Assembly: GCA_965207375.1 (NCBI GenBank)
Contig: CBDBMG010000002.1
Span: 256,001-320,000, forward strand
Origin: Nitrosopumilaceae archaeon
GTDB lineage: Archaea > Thermoproteota > Nitrososphaeria > Nitrososphaerales > Nitrosopumilaceae
DNA: 64,000 bases
Reading direction: 5' to 3'
Shown one piece after another: positions 39,071-52,321 of this stretch. The notes under the pieces were generated by a model. That model made no database searches. It saw nothing but the letters and a program-made list of their open reading frames with translations, and had not been told where the DNA came from. A program made the position numbers and the translations under genes. Within the stretch, counting starts at the first letter, position 1. The number at the start of each line of letters is the position of its first letter.

Positions 39071-39469
39071 TGCCTGAAGGTAGGTGATATTAAAGATGTG
39101 GATCTATAATTGTGAAGATCACACCTACCTAGCTCTACGCCCGCAGAGATAACATTACCATTCTGTGCCTACAAAGGCAACACATAGCACAAGATTCTGC
39201 GTTTGCAAAAAATACATGAAAGTCGCACGCAATTTTACACTTGCGGAAAGCAGATATAGCACACAATTTCATGCTTTTTGGAAACTCCATTACCATACAT
39301 ACTATACATATAACATTACAAACTAACGGCTACTTATGTATGCAGATAGTCTTTTTTTGTGCACATAAGCCTGCACTTGCAAGAACCACAAATACATAAC
39401 TCCACACCCGTCACGCACATACGTAGCTCTGCACCTGCAGAGATCACATTACATTTTTTTATGCTTATA

Positions 39470-40731
39470 GAAACAATACAAAGCACACACAATTCCACGC
39501 TGGCAGTGACCACATAAAGCAAACAATTCCGTGTTTGCGGAGGCCACATAAAGCACACAATTCCGCGCTTGCGGAGCACATTACGATTCCAAGCTCGTGG
39601 AGACAGTACAAAGCACGCTATTCAGCGCTTGCGGAGACCACACAAAACACACAATTCTGCACTTTCGGAGCACATTACAATTCCACGCTTGTGGTGACAA
39701 TACAAAGCACACTATTCCGCGCTTGCGGAGACCAAATAAAACACACAATTCTGTGCTTGCGGAGCCCATTACAATTCCACGCTCGTGGAGACAGTACAAA
39801 GCATCCTACTCTGTGCTTGCGGAGACCGCATAAAACACACAATTCTACACTTTCGGAGCACATTACAATTCCACGCTTGTGGTGACAATACAAAGCACAC
39901 TATTCCGCGCTTGCGGAGACCAAATAAAACACACAATTCTGCACTTGCGGAGCCCATTACAATTCCACGCTTGTGGAGACAGTACACTCTGTGCTTGCGG
40001 AGACCGCATAAAACACAGCACATTACAATTCCACGCTTGTGGTGACAATACAAAGCACACTATTCCGCGCTTGCGGAGACCAAATAAAACACACAATTCT
40101 GCGCTTGCGGAGCCCATTACAATTCCACGCTCGTGGAGACAGTACAAAGCATCCTACTCTGTGCTTGCGGAGACCGCATAAAACACACAATTCTGCACTT
40201 TCGGAGCACATTACAATTCCACGCTTGTGGTGACAATACAAAGCACACTATTCCGCGCTTGCGGAGACCAAATAAAACATACAATTCTGCGCTTGCAGAG
40301 CCCATTACAATTCCACGCTCGTGGAGACAGTACAAAGCATCCTACTCTGCGCTTGCAGAAACCACATAAAATGCACAATTCCGTGCTTGCAGAGCACATC
40401 ACAATTCCACGCTCGTGGAGACAGTACAAAGCATACAATTCCGCGCTTGCGGAGCACATTACAATTCCACGCTCGTGGAGACAGTACAAAGCACACAATT
40501 CCGCGCTTGCGGAGCACATTACAATTCCACGCTCGTGGAGACATTACAAAGCACACTATTCCATGCTTGCGGAGACCACATAAAACACACAATTCCGTGC
40601 TTGCGGAGCACATTACAATTCCACGCTTGTGGAGATAGTACAAAGCACACAATTCCGCGCTTGCGGAGCACATTACAATTCCACGCTCGTGGAGACAGTA
40701 CAAAGCACACAATTCCGCGCTTGCGGAGCAC
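39470..40731. repeat. Satellite array of 26-34-bp hairpin monomers with 60-, 94- and 188-bp higher-order periods
   Basis: Core acaattccgcgcttgcggag / acaattccacgctcgtggag; ORF-track ends recur every 94 nt. Confidence 0.95.
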
Positions 40732-41411
40732 CTTTTTACACCAGAAGAAAACAAAGCCCTTTCAACATTCGAGTCAATAAAACTGACGTTTTTATGTACA
40801 TCCACAATGACCACATCGATAAACATTGTGTTACCAAGAAGGCAATTTTTAAAGATAACATCTGAACAAAATATACTGTGATGAAACACAGAATTACTGA
40901 GATTACAATTAATAAATGATACTGCTTCTTTAAACTCAATGCCAACAAATGATAATCTGGCCATGTTTTTGTTTTCAAACACAATTTCTTCTATTGAACA
41001 ATACGAATAATATGAATTATTAATTCTCTTATTAAAATGATACATAAGATTGTCCTGAGTTATGACATCAATTTCACGTAGCAAAACTTTGACAAGACCA
41101 TCAAGTTGGTAAAATTTTGCTTCACAAAGGAGGTCCGATACTACATCAGCAGACAACCTGGAAAATGATTCAACCACTTCTTCTCCATTCCTCAAATAAT
41201 TAAGAATGCATCTAAAGTGAGTCCCATCTCGGTCAATGAAATAGCTTCCATCCTTACACTGCATTGCTTTCAAATCATGCCCACCACTAAACATCACTCC
41301 AAAATATGACTCAGGAAAGCTAGTTAGCGTAGATATAGATGTCAAGTAATGTATTCCTCCTACATTTAAGTCAATCATTGGCTCATCATTTCTAGCGTTA
41401 CCTGCATGTAC
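40305..41411 (-). CDS. BTB/POZ (KCTD-type T1) + pentapeptide-repeat exon (KCTD9/FIP2-like architecture); last ~140 codons are satellite
   Basis: IDLNVGG..Y.TS.STL...PESYF..MFSG..DGSYFIDRDG.HFR.ILNYLR, then F...F..C.L...F pentapeptides; splice acceptor ttacag near 41412. Confidence 0.85.
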   Translation of the reverse strand, partial: VHAGNARNDEPMIDLNVGGIHYLTSISTLTSFPESYFGVMFSGGHDLKAMQCKDGSYFIDRDGTHFRCILNYLRNGEEVVESFSRLSADVVSDLLCEAKFYQLDGLVKVLLREIDVITQDNLMYHFNKRINNSYYSYCSIEEIVFENKNMARLSFVGIEFKEAVSFINCNLSNSVFHHSIFCSDVIFKNCLLGNTMFIDVVIVDVHKNVSFIDSNVERALFSSGVKRCSASAELCALYCLHERGIVMCSASAELCALYYLHKRGIVMCSASTELCVLCGLRKHGIVCFVMSPRAWNCNVLRKRGIVCFVLSPRAWNCNVLRKRGIVCFVLSPRAWNCDVLCKHGIVHFMWFLQAQSRMLCTVSTSVEL

Positions 41412-44400
41412 CTGTAAGTAAAATGTATGTATTCGATGTGATTGAAGTGACTTTTATTGTGTCGGTGATCAATGCCTGATACTACAATAATGAAGAAACC
41501 TATAATGACTGATTGACTAGGCCATTTTTACTTGTTTATCAAAAACAAAGCTCTGGGTATAGTTATGTTACAAAACTATTTTTGGTTGTGGAACTTATGT
41601 GTGACATATAACAAGTGCACCATGCTAAATAATATAATATAAAATGCTAATAATCATGGCTAGTTATTCTAATCAACATTTGAAGCTTTGCATATATAGA
41701 AGCACATAGAAGCCGTAATTGTGGGTTTAAGTTTCTGAAATTTGACCCATACAAAATGATTACAATGCAAGAAATGAAATCTAGCTACTCACATGCACTA
41801 AGTATTTGAGTGGCCTGTTAGCTACAGATGAATATTCATACAGCTATAGATCTATACACCAGAGATCTCCATCACACAACATTTTTCATTTTTCAAAGGC
41901 ACAACAGGCCATGTTGGTCATCACATTAATGGTCTTTTTATTCCTAGAGTTTTTATATACAAATTATGGAAAACAAAGTTTCTTCTATAGAGGGGCTGTC
42001 CTGGTGAAATAGTTTGCCCTGGGCTGTAACTGAAGTTACCACCTTATCATCATTTAGAAATTTATGTTTTAGTTTGTTTTTTGGTATGTGTGTATTTGTT
42101 GTGTTGCATTGTTGTATATTATAGCTACGTACGTTGTATGTACAGAGCTCCACTGAAAATCAGTAGCCATTTATTTATTGAGTGAATGAACTCCCTGTTT
42201 AAATTATTACAATTACAAATACAATCAAACAAGACATGCAGTAGCTCAGTAGCTACCACACTAGCTAGCTAGCTAACTAATTATTCATAAATTTACATGG
42301 CCTATGCATGCAAGTAAAGATTTTGCATGGGATTAATAGTGGTAGTAGCTATAGCTACCATCCACTTAGCAAAGGCTAGCTATATATGGTAATGTAACAC
42401 AACAATGTGTGAAAATGTATTAAAAGTGAAGCCAATTGACTGCCTAGCTTACTATAACAGGATAGGCATTATAAGTGGAGAGGCATGTAAGCTAGCTAGC
42501 TTTTGCTTGATCATGATCATATGCATGAAATATACTTCATGATCATTGAGCATCCCATATATACTACGTACATAGTGGTAAAATAATATATTATTATACA
42601 GTAAGTTTACCTGGTCAGCTTAAGCTACATACTCATGATCAAAGGTGTATAGTATTAAGCTTGGTATGTACACATGTTCCTCCCTGTTATACTTTAGGCC
42701 AAGTGCCTCTTTATTTTGCCTGCTATGATGTATATATTATACTGTATGAGGTAGTCAGTAATATGCATGGTGCATGGTTTTTTAATACATTTGGATCTAG
42801 ATCTGTAGGCCTGTCAACTAACGTGCACATATCAGACAAGCTGTCACAAGCATAGTCAGCTGCTACAGAAATATACAGTGCATGGCATGCATGTAGTTGT
42901 CATGTACAGGATTATTCATAGGCATGCATATTGCATGATATGCCAGCACACTCTATTGTGAATTGTCCATAGGAATTAGAATATGTCTCGCTAAGTACAT
43001 TACTTTTGCCCCCACACTTTTAAATAGCTTCCAGTTATCTAAGCTTTGCTTGTTCTTGTAGTGAAGGGATAAAGCTAGGACTTATAATATGGATGAAATG
43101 GATGCTTCCCAGCACTACAATCAATCAACAATACATATATTTAGCGACATAAATATAGTGCAGCTCAGTTGAATACTCACTGTAAAAATTATAACACACA
43201 TAAATATCCACACAAATACTAAAGACTATGTAAAATGATTTGTATTTTAAAATAGTTGTGAGAAGTTCTACAACATCTGCTCATGACTTGTACACGCGTT
43301 CCTATGGCAAATAAATTAATTGCAATATTCACAACACACAGTGATATATCCATACCGTCACTATAATTATACATATGTCCTCTTCTTTGATCAGTCATAC
43401 CTTTGGCAAATCCGATATGTTTGGTAGCTACTCTAGTATACACTGCTATGGTAAAAATATAATACACACAGTGATAATAATTACATCCTTACTGCTATTA
43501 TCGCCGGTGACCATTTCCTATCACCTCCTGATTAATTGCGCATATGTTCCTGTGGCAAATAATAATTGACAATGACATATTCAACAAAAATTATTCTCTT
43601 GCAATTATTCGCACATGAATACAAACAGATCACGGTGGTTATAATTATGTAAAATAAGCATATAGTGTACCTGCTGATCCTGTGGTACCAGTAGGTCCGT
43701 GCAGCTGTAATAAACTTCAACTGTATGCATCTAGTAAATGTACAAAAATAACATCTTCTTTACATGCCTTTATTTGAATGTGCACACAAGCATGTATGTA
43801 TGCCTGCATCATGTAACAAAATTATAACCTTGCCACAAAATACAAACAATCCTCAAGGCCATATACTGTGTAACCATGGTGATGTATGCGGCGGTTACTG
43901 TGTCACCATGGTGATTTATGTGTTTGCAGAGTAACTATGTCACCTTGGCGATGTGTGTGTTTGCTCAGTAACAGGCTATATATGTACTGTGTAACCATGG
44001 TGTATAGATGGAGTTAAGGCAATACGTATCTGTCTAGCTGGATCCCATCAGCAGAACTATATATGTGATGAACATGTATAGCAACTAGGGATTACTTTAG
44101 CTTGGTTGGCATGACAATAGTGTTATCATGACAACAATATTAACATGTTGCATCCTAAAATGCATGCTCCTATGGGGTATTGTATGCATGGCAATTACTC
44201 GTAAAATATAACCCCAGTCAGTCAATATTTCCCCATCTGCACTCCAGTGGAACCTGTGTAATAAGGACAACTTGGGACCAACAAAGGGTGTTCTGATCTT
44301 TCAAGTTAGCTAATGTACTTCAACCACTAGTTTTAATTGGTACCTCAACTAATGTGTCGGTATACTGCGGTATCGGTCTTGTGTACATTTACCATATAGT

Positions 44401-44952
44401 GTAAAAATTGACAGGAGAAAATAAAAAAATTAATCATTAAAAATTTTCTGTCTCATATGTACGTATATAATTATTATGGATATTGTACGACTGGATGATC
44501 CAAATTCCAATCCATCCAACATTTACTCATCAAAATTTACCATGCTCAAAATGGCTATCAAAATTGTCGTGTGATAAAGTCGAAGATGAGACATGTGACT
44601 GTCCGAGTGCAAACCAGCTTAATTCACACATCCGACTTTGCCAAGTTAATGGTCTCTTTAGAGTGTCACACAAAGCTCAAATTTTCAGCATTCACAAGAT
44701 TATGTTAATTCTATATACAAACCCTGTAAATATAGACACTGTGTGACTTCCACAAACATTAAATTGTGAAACTTGGAAGTGTGAACTCGCTCAGACAATC
44801 ACATACGAGAAAATTAGAGGACAAAATATTATGTAGTACAAGTCCGTCTATACCAATATTACAAGTTGAACATTGAAGGTTCGATCGACTACAGTACATT
44901 TGTTTATGCACTAGTACGTACAAGAGACAAATGTAAACAACCTGTCACTCCC

Positions 44953-45295
44953 ATGCATGTATGTATGTATGTATGTATGTGTGTGTGTGTGTATGTATGC
45001 ATGCATGTATGTATGTATATATGTACGTATGTATGTATGTATGTATATATGTATGCATGTATGTACGTATGTATGTATGTATGTATGTATGTATGTATGT
45101 ACGTATGTGAGTGTGTGTGTGCATACATGCATGCATGCATGTATGTATGTATGTATGTATGTATGTATGTATGTATATATATATATGAATGTATGTATGT
45201 ATGTATGTATGTATGTATGTATGCATGTATGTATGTATGTATGTAGCTATGTATGCATATATACATGTGCTTATGTGTGTGCATGTATGTATGTA
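44953..45295. repeat. (ATGT)n microsatellite
   Basis: Seen directly. Confidence 0.97.
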
Positions 45296-45708
45296 GACTG
45301 TGTGTATTACATGTATTTATGTAATTATACAGTGATCTTTTGCTTCTTTGAACATAAAATACTCTATTAATACATTCAAACACTCTATTAAAGCATACAC
45401 TTACTATTGAAGCTACTCAAGTTGGTAGTGCTATCACAAACATTTTGTAACAATGAAAATTCTACATGTCCAGCCACACATGCATGTAATCCTCAAGTGT
45501 GTTCTATACTTGTACGCTGACAATATGTTGCATTATGAACCTAGCTTCATGTAGCAGCACTTTTTGTTGTACATTACAGCTTTTCTAAATACAATTTTAT
45601 ACAACTGCACAGATGGCTATCAAATAGTTGCTAGCTATATGATTATTGTGAATCTCTTTGTGTATGTGTGTCCATGCATGTGTGTACCTTGAGCTAGCAG
45701 CTATATAT

Positions 45709-45848
<140 letters not shown>

Positions 45849-46241
45849 CATGAGATGCCACAAGATATTATCACCACCTCACATCCAGTAGTCTATAAAA
45901 CAAACCATTGATGGTGGGGAGTTAATGATGGAAATGTAGTGGTACCAGCATGTTCTTGGACACCGTCCAATGATGTAAATGAGTTTTGGCAGACCCATAA
46001 TACAATGTATGGCAACGTGATCACATTACAGTGTTGATGATGTACATCATTACGTACGTACATGGTTTCCATAGTAGATGTCCATAGTTTCATACCAGCA
46101 GCTCAAGAACTTAATCAAAACTGCGGTATTTAAATTACCAGAATGTTTGGAAAAATTAATTACTTACGGTTTCAGCCCCTTTCTGCTGCCTATGGTACAA
46201 AAATATGGTCGATGTGTAGTTATGTAGTCACAATAATAATG

Positions 46242-46535
46242 CATGTGTATAGTAACGGTCACAACAATACATGTGCATAGTAACGGTCACAGTAATACAT
46301 GGGCATAGTAACGGTCACAACAATACATGTGCATAGTAACGGTCACAGTAATACATGTGCATAGTAACAGTCACAGTAATACATGTGCTTAGTAACGGTC
46401 ACAACAATACATGTGCATACTAACGGTCACAACAATACATGTGCATACTAACGGTCAAAGTAATACATGTGCATAGTAACAGTCACAACAATACATGTGC
46501 ATAGTAACGGTCATAACAATACATGTGCATAGTAA
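46242..46535. repeat. 28-bp minisatellite, ~10 copies (aatacatgtgcatagtaacggtcaca..)
   Basis: Seen directly. Confidence 0.96.
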
Positions 46536-47237
46536 GGACACAGGTAGCATGAATACAACATAGACTATAATACTTTGTCATACGTAGTAGTGGATACGTG
46601 TAAAGTCCATGACCGTGTGGATAATAATACTATCAATTTACACTTTCACCGTGCATAATTTTATAATAATTTCAGCGGTCTCATAGTTGCAATAAATAGT
46701 AACAATAAATTGCAATCATTTTCCACCTGCACTGTTAGATGTTAACCTGGCCAAAGATTTTTGATCAGCCATCCCTGGCTCACTGGATCATTTTTACATT
46801 ACTGCTATAAGAGTACTCTGACGGATCATCCACGTTGATAACTAGAGTCACCAAATGGTGATCAGTGATGAACGTCACATATGTAACTGTGACTACTTGA
46901 ACTGTATAAATTATACTAAACATACTGTATATACGTATGTATATATAGTGCAACTTTTATGGGGAAACATAGACAGATTTGATGCTATGCTAGCAATCCA
47001 CTCCCCTTCAATAATTTCCGGTGGTACAGCTAACGCAGTGCTGTCAGCCTATCAAATTTCTCAACAAAGTGCATCCATCAATATTTCACCTCTAATTATT
47101 GTGCCATATGATATGCAAAAGACTTTACTTTGTTAGAGGAGCAGCAGAGACATACTCAGGTATTGTATCACACCATCTCTGTTGATGAGTCACATGATGT
47201 ACCAATGGATTGCATGGTCCACATATGTAATTATAGG

Positions 47238-47550
47238 TAGGGATGCCACGGTATGAAGTTTTATGTCATATGTCATGGAGAATTATGTCACGACATGTCA
47301 TAATTACATCATTTCACAACACTTTTTATGCATATAATTTAAATATTTTTGCTTCAGTCTGCAAAAATATTGACATTATCATAAATCATATTAAAAATTT
47401 TAACGACATTAACAACAACATTGCTCTCATTTTTTCTCCTGCTGGCCTTTTATAACATCATAATGAGTACTTTTAAGGGTCACAACATATCATATCGTAG
47501 AATTCTGTCACGACATGTCGTACATATGTCACAACTATCGCGGCATCCCA
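47238..47550. mobile_element. hAT-type MITE
   Basis: tagggatgccacggta / tatcgcggcatccca; TSD unclear. Confidence 0.55.
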
Positions 47551-49000
47551 AGATTGAGGTTTAACCCAATGACAGTCTATTGCATGGCGATGGTCACATG
47601 AAAATCAAGTGGTGACCTTGTCATCATTACCCTGCTCGGTGATAGCATTGGTGGACACACTAATAATGTGTACCATATAACGGGTAACTTTCGAATGACT
47701 TAATTTACAAAAATTACGGGCTGTTTTCAAAATTAACTTTGTAACGTGAAGCTTAATACGTAGTTAATTCTTGCTAAACAAAAATGCTTGGCAAGAGTTA
47801 TGTTCTTAATCATTTAAAAATGATCAGTTATACGGTATTGTACGTATTCATTAAGGACTCAATTATTATACTATACATATGAAAAAAATTGAATCTACTC
47901 TTAGTAGTAGTTATTTGATATTATGGTCACCACGGTTGTTGTTTTTTCTGTTTTCAGAAAGTCGTTGTGTAAGTTGCAATTTGTAGTAGTGGTAGCAGTG
48001 GCAGTTACAGTAGCAGCAGCAGCGGTGGCGGCGGCGGCAGCAGTAATTGAGATTTTACATCATTCTGTAAGGCAAAAAGGTGACAATCCAATAGTCAACA
48101 AATAACTTTTATACAGCACATATCACACAAGGCAGCTACAAATGCATTCAATTAGTTTATTACTTTGTAAAAAACCAAATACATGGCATCACACAATTGT
48201 GCATGGATTTACACAAAAACTACATATTAAACATTAAACATGACTATAATGCTACTATGGTAATGATTGGTTTTGAAAAAGCCGACCACCACTCCATACC
48301 CATGCCATTTAACTAACACTTCATGGGTGTACTGATGCCCAATCTGCTTTCCTTGAGACTTCTTTCTGTGGCCTGTCAGACGTCCATGATGGTCTTTGAA
48401 TGGCTCTGCTGACGCTTTCAAAGAATCCAGCTGACTTGCTCTGCATGGAATTCGGGATTATCAAATCCCGTGAGATGTACATATTTCATAAATTGGCCTC
48501 TGCAACAACCCCACCGATAGAGGGTTTAAAGATACAATAGCGACAACTGAGGAGTGACGTGTATAGTGGAGAGCACCACAGCAGCCCCCCCGTTGGGATT
48601 GTAGTTACTTAGTACATTAACAGCAGCTTAATACTGCATCTTCTCCGTGTATTATGCACAACAACAGAATGAAAACAAAAATGCTCTTTAATTAGAGTAA
48701 ATACAAAATATCTAGTCAACAAACCTTTAAAAAACTTCCCCCGTTATTCAAGAGTGCTACCATTAGTGATTTCATCTAGAAACAAGTGTATTTTATAATA
48801 AACGTGGCTCAATATCGATACCGTGCGTTATAAAGAATCAATACACGCAAAAATATTGTTCTATAAAAGTATCCTTACCTTTGTGAGAAGATTAGCACCG
48901 GCAACCCAATACTTGGAATGCAGTAAGTCACAAGTATATATATTTATAAAATTAGGCAATTGGAATTCACGAATTCCAAATTCTCATTGTCCTGAAGTCC

Positions 49001-49060
49001 AAACAGTAAAGTAAATAGGCGCGCGCGAAGCGCCTATTTACTTTACTGTTTATATACTAG
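49001..49060. other. Perfect 22-bp-stem hairpin followed by CTAG (Helitron-type terminus)
   Basis: aaacagtaaagtaaataggcgc-gcgcgaa-gcgcctatttactttactgttt-atatactag. Confidence 0.7.
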
Positions 49061-49757
49061 GATTTAGAGTGGCGGGAAAATACACGGATCGTAGAATCCC
49101 CTTTACAACCTTATCAACTAGCTATCTTGAGATCATACATTGATCCTTTACATGACTGTACAGATTTTGGAGTAGGTCCGCTGTATCTCGCCACTTGAGA
49201 AGTTATTGTAGCACACTCATCAACATCAGATAGTAACTGACAAACTAGCTACCCTCTTAAACACCCATGAATATTTTTTGACAAAACTGATTGTGCATTG
49301 TATATGTTATTTATAGTGCCATTATAGCTATGATCTGCATGTTCGCAGTACATTTATATGATATACGTATAAGTATGCGTATTGTTAAAAGTGAATATGT
49401 AGGGGGCTTTGTATCAATTGTATATACGTATGTTACCATATAGTATGTGTTACTGTGCCCATTATTATAATATTGTGTTTCTACTGCTATGAATCCACAG
49501 TATTGTGTTGTTTTGTGTCTGTAGACTTATATTGAGCCGGATCTGACACAGATTTAATAATATTTTAGTATATAAGCTTCCTGAATAGAGAGAAAACTCA
49601 AGTTGTGGTCCATGAACTCAGGCAAGAAAAGTAACTAGCAGCAGAGTTGGTTTCTGATCACTATTGGAATATAATAGCTAGATAGCTAGCTATACCTATA
49701 GCTATATACATACCCACACACTGTTAAACTATAATGATGTCATGATGTAACTATCGT

Positions 49758-49975
49758 GTCAGCTATCTGTCACAATGCAAAAACCATTGTGTCCAGGGCC
49801 CACCACCGAGGAGGTTGCTGACTACGGCCCCCGCCGCCACCATCCCCTCCTCCACCACTATCATCATATCATCGTCGTCATCATCACCATCATCGTCGTC
49901 GTCGTCATCATCGTCGTCGTCGTCGTCATCATCATCGTCGTCGTCATCATCATCATCATCGTCATCATCAAACCT
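49758..49975 (-). repeat. Left copy of inverted paralogous segment: (GAT/GAC)n + Gly-rich + QQPPRWWALDTM
   Basis: 49758-49858 matches the reverse complement of 63494-63596 with scattered differences. Confidence 0.85.
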
Positions 49976-50354
49976 ACACTACATAGCTAAAATGGAGAAG
50001 AAAACAACCAAAAAACATGGTTATATAATTCCTCTACTTATCCCATAATGTGTCTGCATCAATGCTGACAGCAGACTCCATCCTACATGTAAAGAAGTAA
50101 ATTCTATTTTATCACCATTATAACCTCAAGGGCAGAAGACATAGGGGGGAGCAGAGCCCCTCCACTTTGACAGGAGGGGGGCTAAGCCCCAAAGAAATTA
50201 ATGTTTTAAAATAATGATTTTATAATTACTGATCTACTCTAACAGAACATTCTCATTCTAATAGAGCAATCAGTGGAGCTGTCTTTAAATTTGACAAACC
50301 CAGGCAATTATAAGAGTAAAAATTAGCATATCATTGTGAACATTTTGTTCCACA

Positions 50355-50975
50355 TATGTGACTGTATCTGCAAAAACCAGCCTAGTTCGCACTAAAATTT
50401 AAATTCATTTTTTTGGCCCAGCGCATAGCTATACTCAATAGCTACCCAAACACCATGTCTCCTATGGCCAGACTCAAGTGGTCTGCTTTTCTAAGGGGAG
50501 GTTTTGCAGCCTTGTAAGGCCATGACCGACACATTGGCACCTGTGGAGCGCACCAATTGGGCATTATCGGCCTGGAATTCTACCCTTGACCGGAATGATG
50601 TCCCTTCGGCCTGGTTGTATGGTCAGGACCATCTGTGGGCAACTGGTCACCTCGTGTCTTCACCTGGGGGTTTTTGCCACCTCCCTTCCCCACCCGCCCC
50701 TCCCTCTCCTCCCACCCGCCCACCCCCTTGTAACACTGGGCTAAAATTGATGCACACCTTTGAAAAAATCGTCTGAAAAGGCCTAAAATCAAGCAAGGAA
50801 CAACTTCAAAGGTAAACTGTATTTTATTCAATAGATTACTAAGTCCAGTTCTGTTAAACAAAAGCAGCCTAGTACGAGCAAAAGCTGGTAATTTTTAATT
50901 AAAATCTTTAAACAAGTGTTTCTCTAATTACTACCAGGTGCGAACTAGGCCGGTTTTTGCAGAGACGGTCACATA
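50355..50975. mobile_element. Full-length TATGTGAC-ended MITE (~38-bp TIRs), nested in an older element (50128-51015)
   Basis: tatgtgactgtatctgcaaaaaccagcctagttcgcac / gtgcgaactaggccggtttttgcagagacggtcacata. Confidence 0.88.
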
Positions 50976-51699
50976 TACAAACATTTTACTATTACCCCCT
51001 GTATCTGCACCCTGGTAGCTACCCTACTTCTGTTCAACAATTTCTTACTAGTAGTTAGAGTAGCAGTCAAGGGAGTTGAATTTTGTAGTTCGTATTGTAG
51101 CTAGTGACTGTGTAAGTAGTCATTTATGATTGTCAAAACCTACAAATATCACAAAATAGGTTAAGAGGCCTTACATAACTACGTAGTAGTACTGATAACA
51201 TGTACCATTGCTTACATTTCCTGTGCCCATCACTCTAAATATCCACTTAGTTAAATCATTCTTCCACTTGAGTGTAAATCATTTAAATTGTGAATCTGGA
51301 ACAATTACCACGGCTCCATACATATAAACAATGACATATTAAACACAATTACCTCAACAACATACACTTATTATACAAACACTCTAATAAAACAATCACG
51401 GTGTACGTATACAGCAAAACATTCGACAGGGATCACAGTTAGAATAGAAAATAAACATTCATGGGAAACTTTCGTGGTAGCAGCTCCTTATAACGACGAG
51501 TACATAATCTAGTAAATTTTGTTTGACATAAAACATTCGTGGTCGAGTAAAAAATTGCAGCAAACTGCAAAGGTTTTCCCTCCCAAATGTTTTACCATAT
51601 ACGCTGTAAATAGCATTGGAAAATGTTTAAGTAATCTCCAAAAATGACAAAGAGAATTGTATACCCGAGTAGCTGCTGCATGTTTTTGATATTTAATCA

Positions 51700-52280
51700 G
51701 TAGGTTGTGGCTATTGACACCGGATTTCGGTAGCAGCAAGTGCCATCACAAGACTATTGACAACCGATCAGGATCATGTGACTGAATTTTTAGTGGCATT
51801 TATAAATTATCTCAATGAAGATGCAAGCAACAGTATCTACGTATGATGGGTCACGCAGCTGAAATCTACAAAGCAAGCACTATCATACAAGGTCGTTGAC
51901 ACCGAACAGATCATAATACTTGTTCATGTCTTAGCACCCACATAGAGCGAGCTATATAAGCTTAGCTTTAGTATGTACATCTATTACCACATAGCTACAC
52001 CACACTCTCGCTATAAATAATATTCACTCAGTCCTGATCATGAATTACTTCATAGGTCGTTAACTCCCTTGGTCTCCAATGATGCAAGACTTACAAAAAC
52101 ACTGTAGTATACCTGCACATAGCTTCTTTCCCTTCTGTATGTGCCTTCCAAATGTCTATGCTTGTGCCTTCATTCAGATATGAATGCCATTAAAAATATT
52201 CAATAGTCACGTGTTCTTGGTCAGTGTCAATAGTATTGTGATGGCCACCGAAATTTGGTGTTAATATCCATGACCTAATC
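51700..52280. mobile_element. Old MITE-like element with ~75-bp degenerate inverted ends
   Basis: attgacaccggatttcggt..gccatcacaagactattgaca vs tgtcaatagtattgtgatggccaccgaaatttggtgttaat. Confidence 0.6.
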
Positions 52281-52321
52281 AATATGCATATGGCTACCTT
52301 AAGACAGAATTCTTTACCATC

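Noticed and set aside
39470-40731. CRISPR-like array of palindromic repeats
   Set aside because: Intervening sequences are themselves repeated (no unique spacers), there are no cas genes, and the context is eukaryotic.
49775-50048. Poly-Ser / poly-Ile-Val ORFs on + strand (also 63446..63658 minus)
   Set aside because: Translations of the ATC/GTC tract; any coding signal is on the opposite strand.
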